From: Thermovirgaceae bacterium
GTDB taxonomy: Bacteria; Synergistota; Synergistia; Synergistales; Thermovirgaceae
DNA length: 26,642 bases
NCBI GenBank assembly: GCA_046542505.1
Contig: JBKHBH010000024.1
Location: forward strand, 1-26,642
Direction: 5' to 3'
The translations under genes and the position numbers were made by a program. Under the pieces are notes generated by a model. It was not told where the DNA came from, ran no database searches, and saw only the letters and a list, made by a program, of their open reading frames with translations. Below, one piece after another: positions 25,332 to 26,642 of the stretch (its first letter is position 1; each line of letters opens with the position of its first letter).

Positions 25332-25360
25332 AGGCCAGCCCATCAGGGGCTGGCCTTTTT
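25332..25360 (+). terminator. Intrinsic terminator of the tRNA operon
   Basis: AGGCCAGCCC, ATCAG loop, GGGCTGGCCT, then TTTT. Confidence 0.88.
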
Positions 25361-25370
25361 GCGGGGTCCT

Positions 25371-26642
25371 TCATCCAGAGCTTCGACTGCTGCTGCGGGC
25401 AAGGTTTTTCAAGTGCTGGAGCGCATCGGGGTCGATGATTCTGGAAACATATGAAGAAAAAACCGTATTGTTGTGCAGCATGGGTTCTTTCCTGATTTCC
25501 GGAGTGATGAGTGCCGCTTCTTCAAAAACTCTGGTTTGTGGAATAGGTGAATATTGGGCGGTCTTGACCTTCACCCCGAAATCTTTCACTGTGCGTATGT
25601 TTTCTTCCATGGCTTCAAGGCGTTGGCCAGGGAGACCCAGGAGGATATATGTCTCTATTTCATCGTTATTGAATCCGGAGCTCCGAAGATTATCGACGGC
25701 AGAGGCGAAAGAATCCAGGTCGGTTTTTTCTCCCTGTATTTTTCGAAGGGTCTTGTCCGTGCCTTCGAAACTCAGTCTGAGCGTTATGAAGCCGGTATTT
25801 TTGAGAACTCGTGCACAAGTGGGATCGATCATTCGAACGTGAAGTCCGTTTGGTGTGTGAAAGCGCATCGTTGGGAAATCCCTTCGAAGATTTTCACAAA
25901 GGGGGTAAAAGTGGGATTCCCTGTCCATGAGAAGGGCGTCGTCATAAAAAGCGGTATCGTGAATGGCTCCTGATTCGGTCTGATACCTGATCTCGGCGGT
26001 TACCTCCTCCACGGTCCTGGCCCTGTATACCGGCCAGAGGAATGAAGAGGCGCAATACCCGCAGTTCATGGGGCATCCGAAGGATGTCAAGCTGACCGCA
26101 TAACCCTGCCCCGAATATAGAGTGGTAGACGGGAGGGTTAGCTCAAGATCAAGCGGAGCGGTCTGTATCATGTCGGCGCCGCTTTTTCGGGCATGTTCCG
26201 GACATAGGCGAGCATAAACCCCGCCGAGCATGACCGGGACCTTCGGGAACACTTCCTTGAGGATCGAAATTGCCCAAAACACGCCTGGGTACCAGTATGT
26301 CATCATGGAAGTCACCAAAATGATGTCGGGACTGCTTCCTTTGAGTCTGGAAAGAAAGTTTTCTTTATCAATTCCGAAATGATAAAACTTACGCGGGATC
26401 TTTTCGTAAGGCTCCGGTTTCGAAATGAGTTTTTTCGCCGGTGCGACCCGTCCAAAAGGTTTCCGTTTCCCGCCGGCTTCACTGATACAATCAAGGAGAG
26501 CGACATTGTTCCCCTGTTGCCGCAGTGTTTCAAGAATATACAAAAGTCCCAAAGGTTTTGCCCACAAATCAAAGAAGGCAAAGTCCTGTACGGGAGGGTT
26601 GACTCCAAGGATATTGCAGTTGCGGAGGTTCCTGAGAAATCC
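25371..26642 (-). CDS. Cobalamin-binding radical SAM protein (5'-truncated by the window edge)
   Basis: Frame is open to the window end (GFLRNLRNCNILGVNPPVQDFAFFDLWAKPLGL). B12-binding domain (PDIILVTSMMTYWYPG, LGGVYA); CPMNCGYC; FYDD, TPNG, ILLGLPGQ, YSPIP.T. Confidence 0.88.
   Translation of the reverse strand, partial: GFLRNLRNCNILGVNPPVQDFAFFDLWAKPLGLLYILETLRQQGNNVALLDCISEAGGKRKPFGRVAPAKKLISKPEPYEKIPRKFYHFGIDKENFLSRLKGSSPDIILVTSMMTYWYPGVFWAISILKEVFPKVPVMLGGVYARLCPEHARKSGADMIQTAPLDLELTLPSTTLYSGQGYAVSLTSFGCPMNCGYCASSFLWPVYRARTVEEVTAEIRYQTESGAIHDTAFYDDALLMDRESHFYPLCENLRRDFPTMRFHTPNGLHVRMIDPTCARVLKNTGFITLRLSFEGTDKTLRKIQGEKTDLDSFASAVDNLRSSGFNNDEIETYILLGLPGQRLEAMEENIRTVKDFGVKVKTAQYSPIPQTRVFEEAALITPEIRKEPMLHNNTVFSSYVSRIIDPDALQHLKNLARSSSRSSG

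Noticed and set aside
25134..25360. tRNA genes as the attachment site of an integrated element
   Set aside because: No integrase, no duplicated tRNA 3' end seen, and the native terminator follows directly.
1..26642. CRISPR arrays, transposases, prophage or defence genes
   Set aside because: No regularly spaced repeats or matching proteins were seen, and intergenic gaps are all short.

Overview
Gene-dense bacterial chromosome window of roughly 50-55% GC (judged by eye). The protein styles and the gltX/polA/SurA-like arrangement suggest an anaerobic diderm, probably Synergistota; this is an inference. From left to right: an OmpA-family protein; a translationally coupled minus-strand block (hypothetical-glgE-treS/pep2-glgB, the GlgE alpha-glucan pathway); tspO; a divergent MOSC-domain gene; a complete 14-gene Mrp-linked membrane-bound [NiFe]-hydrogenase operon in Pyrococcus order (mbhA-N); a type I asparaginase; gltX; polA; a SurA/PpiD-like chaperone; tRNA-Ser(GCT); tRNA-Arg(ACG); and a truncated B12-binding radical SAM gene. 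The best candidate for a new system is the Mbh variant. Its MbhN carries a tethered extra 2x[4Fe-4S] ferredoxin domain, its MbhH appears to have lost two central-axis residues (TM8 Lys->Gln, TM11 His->Tyr), and the operon is preceded by a MOSC protein lacking the usual Cys motif. Other oddities are a GluRS with no zinc-binding insertion and a PolA with HDS in place of HDE. No CRISPR array, transposase or integrase was seen. Reference residue numbers are recalled from memory and need checking by alignment.
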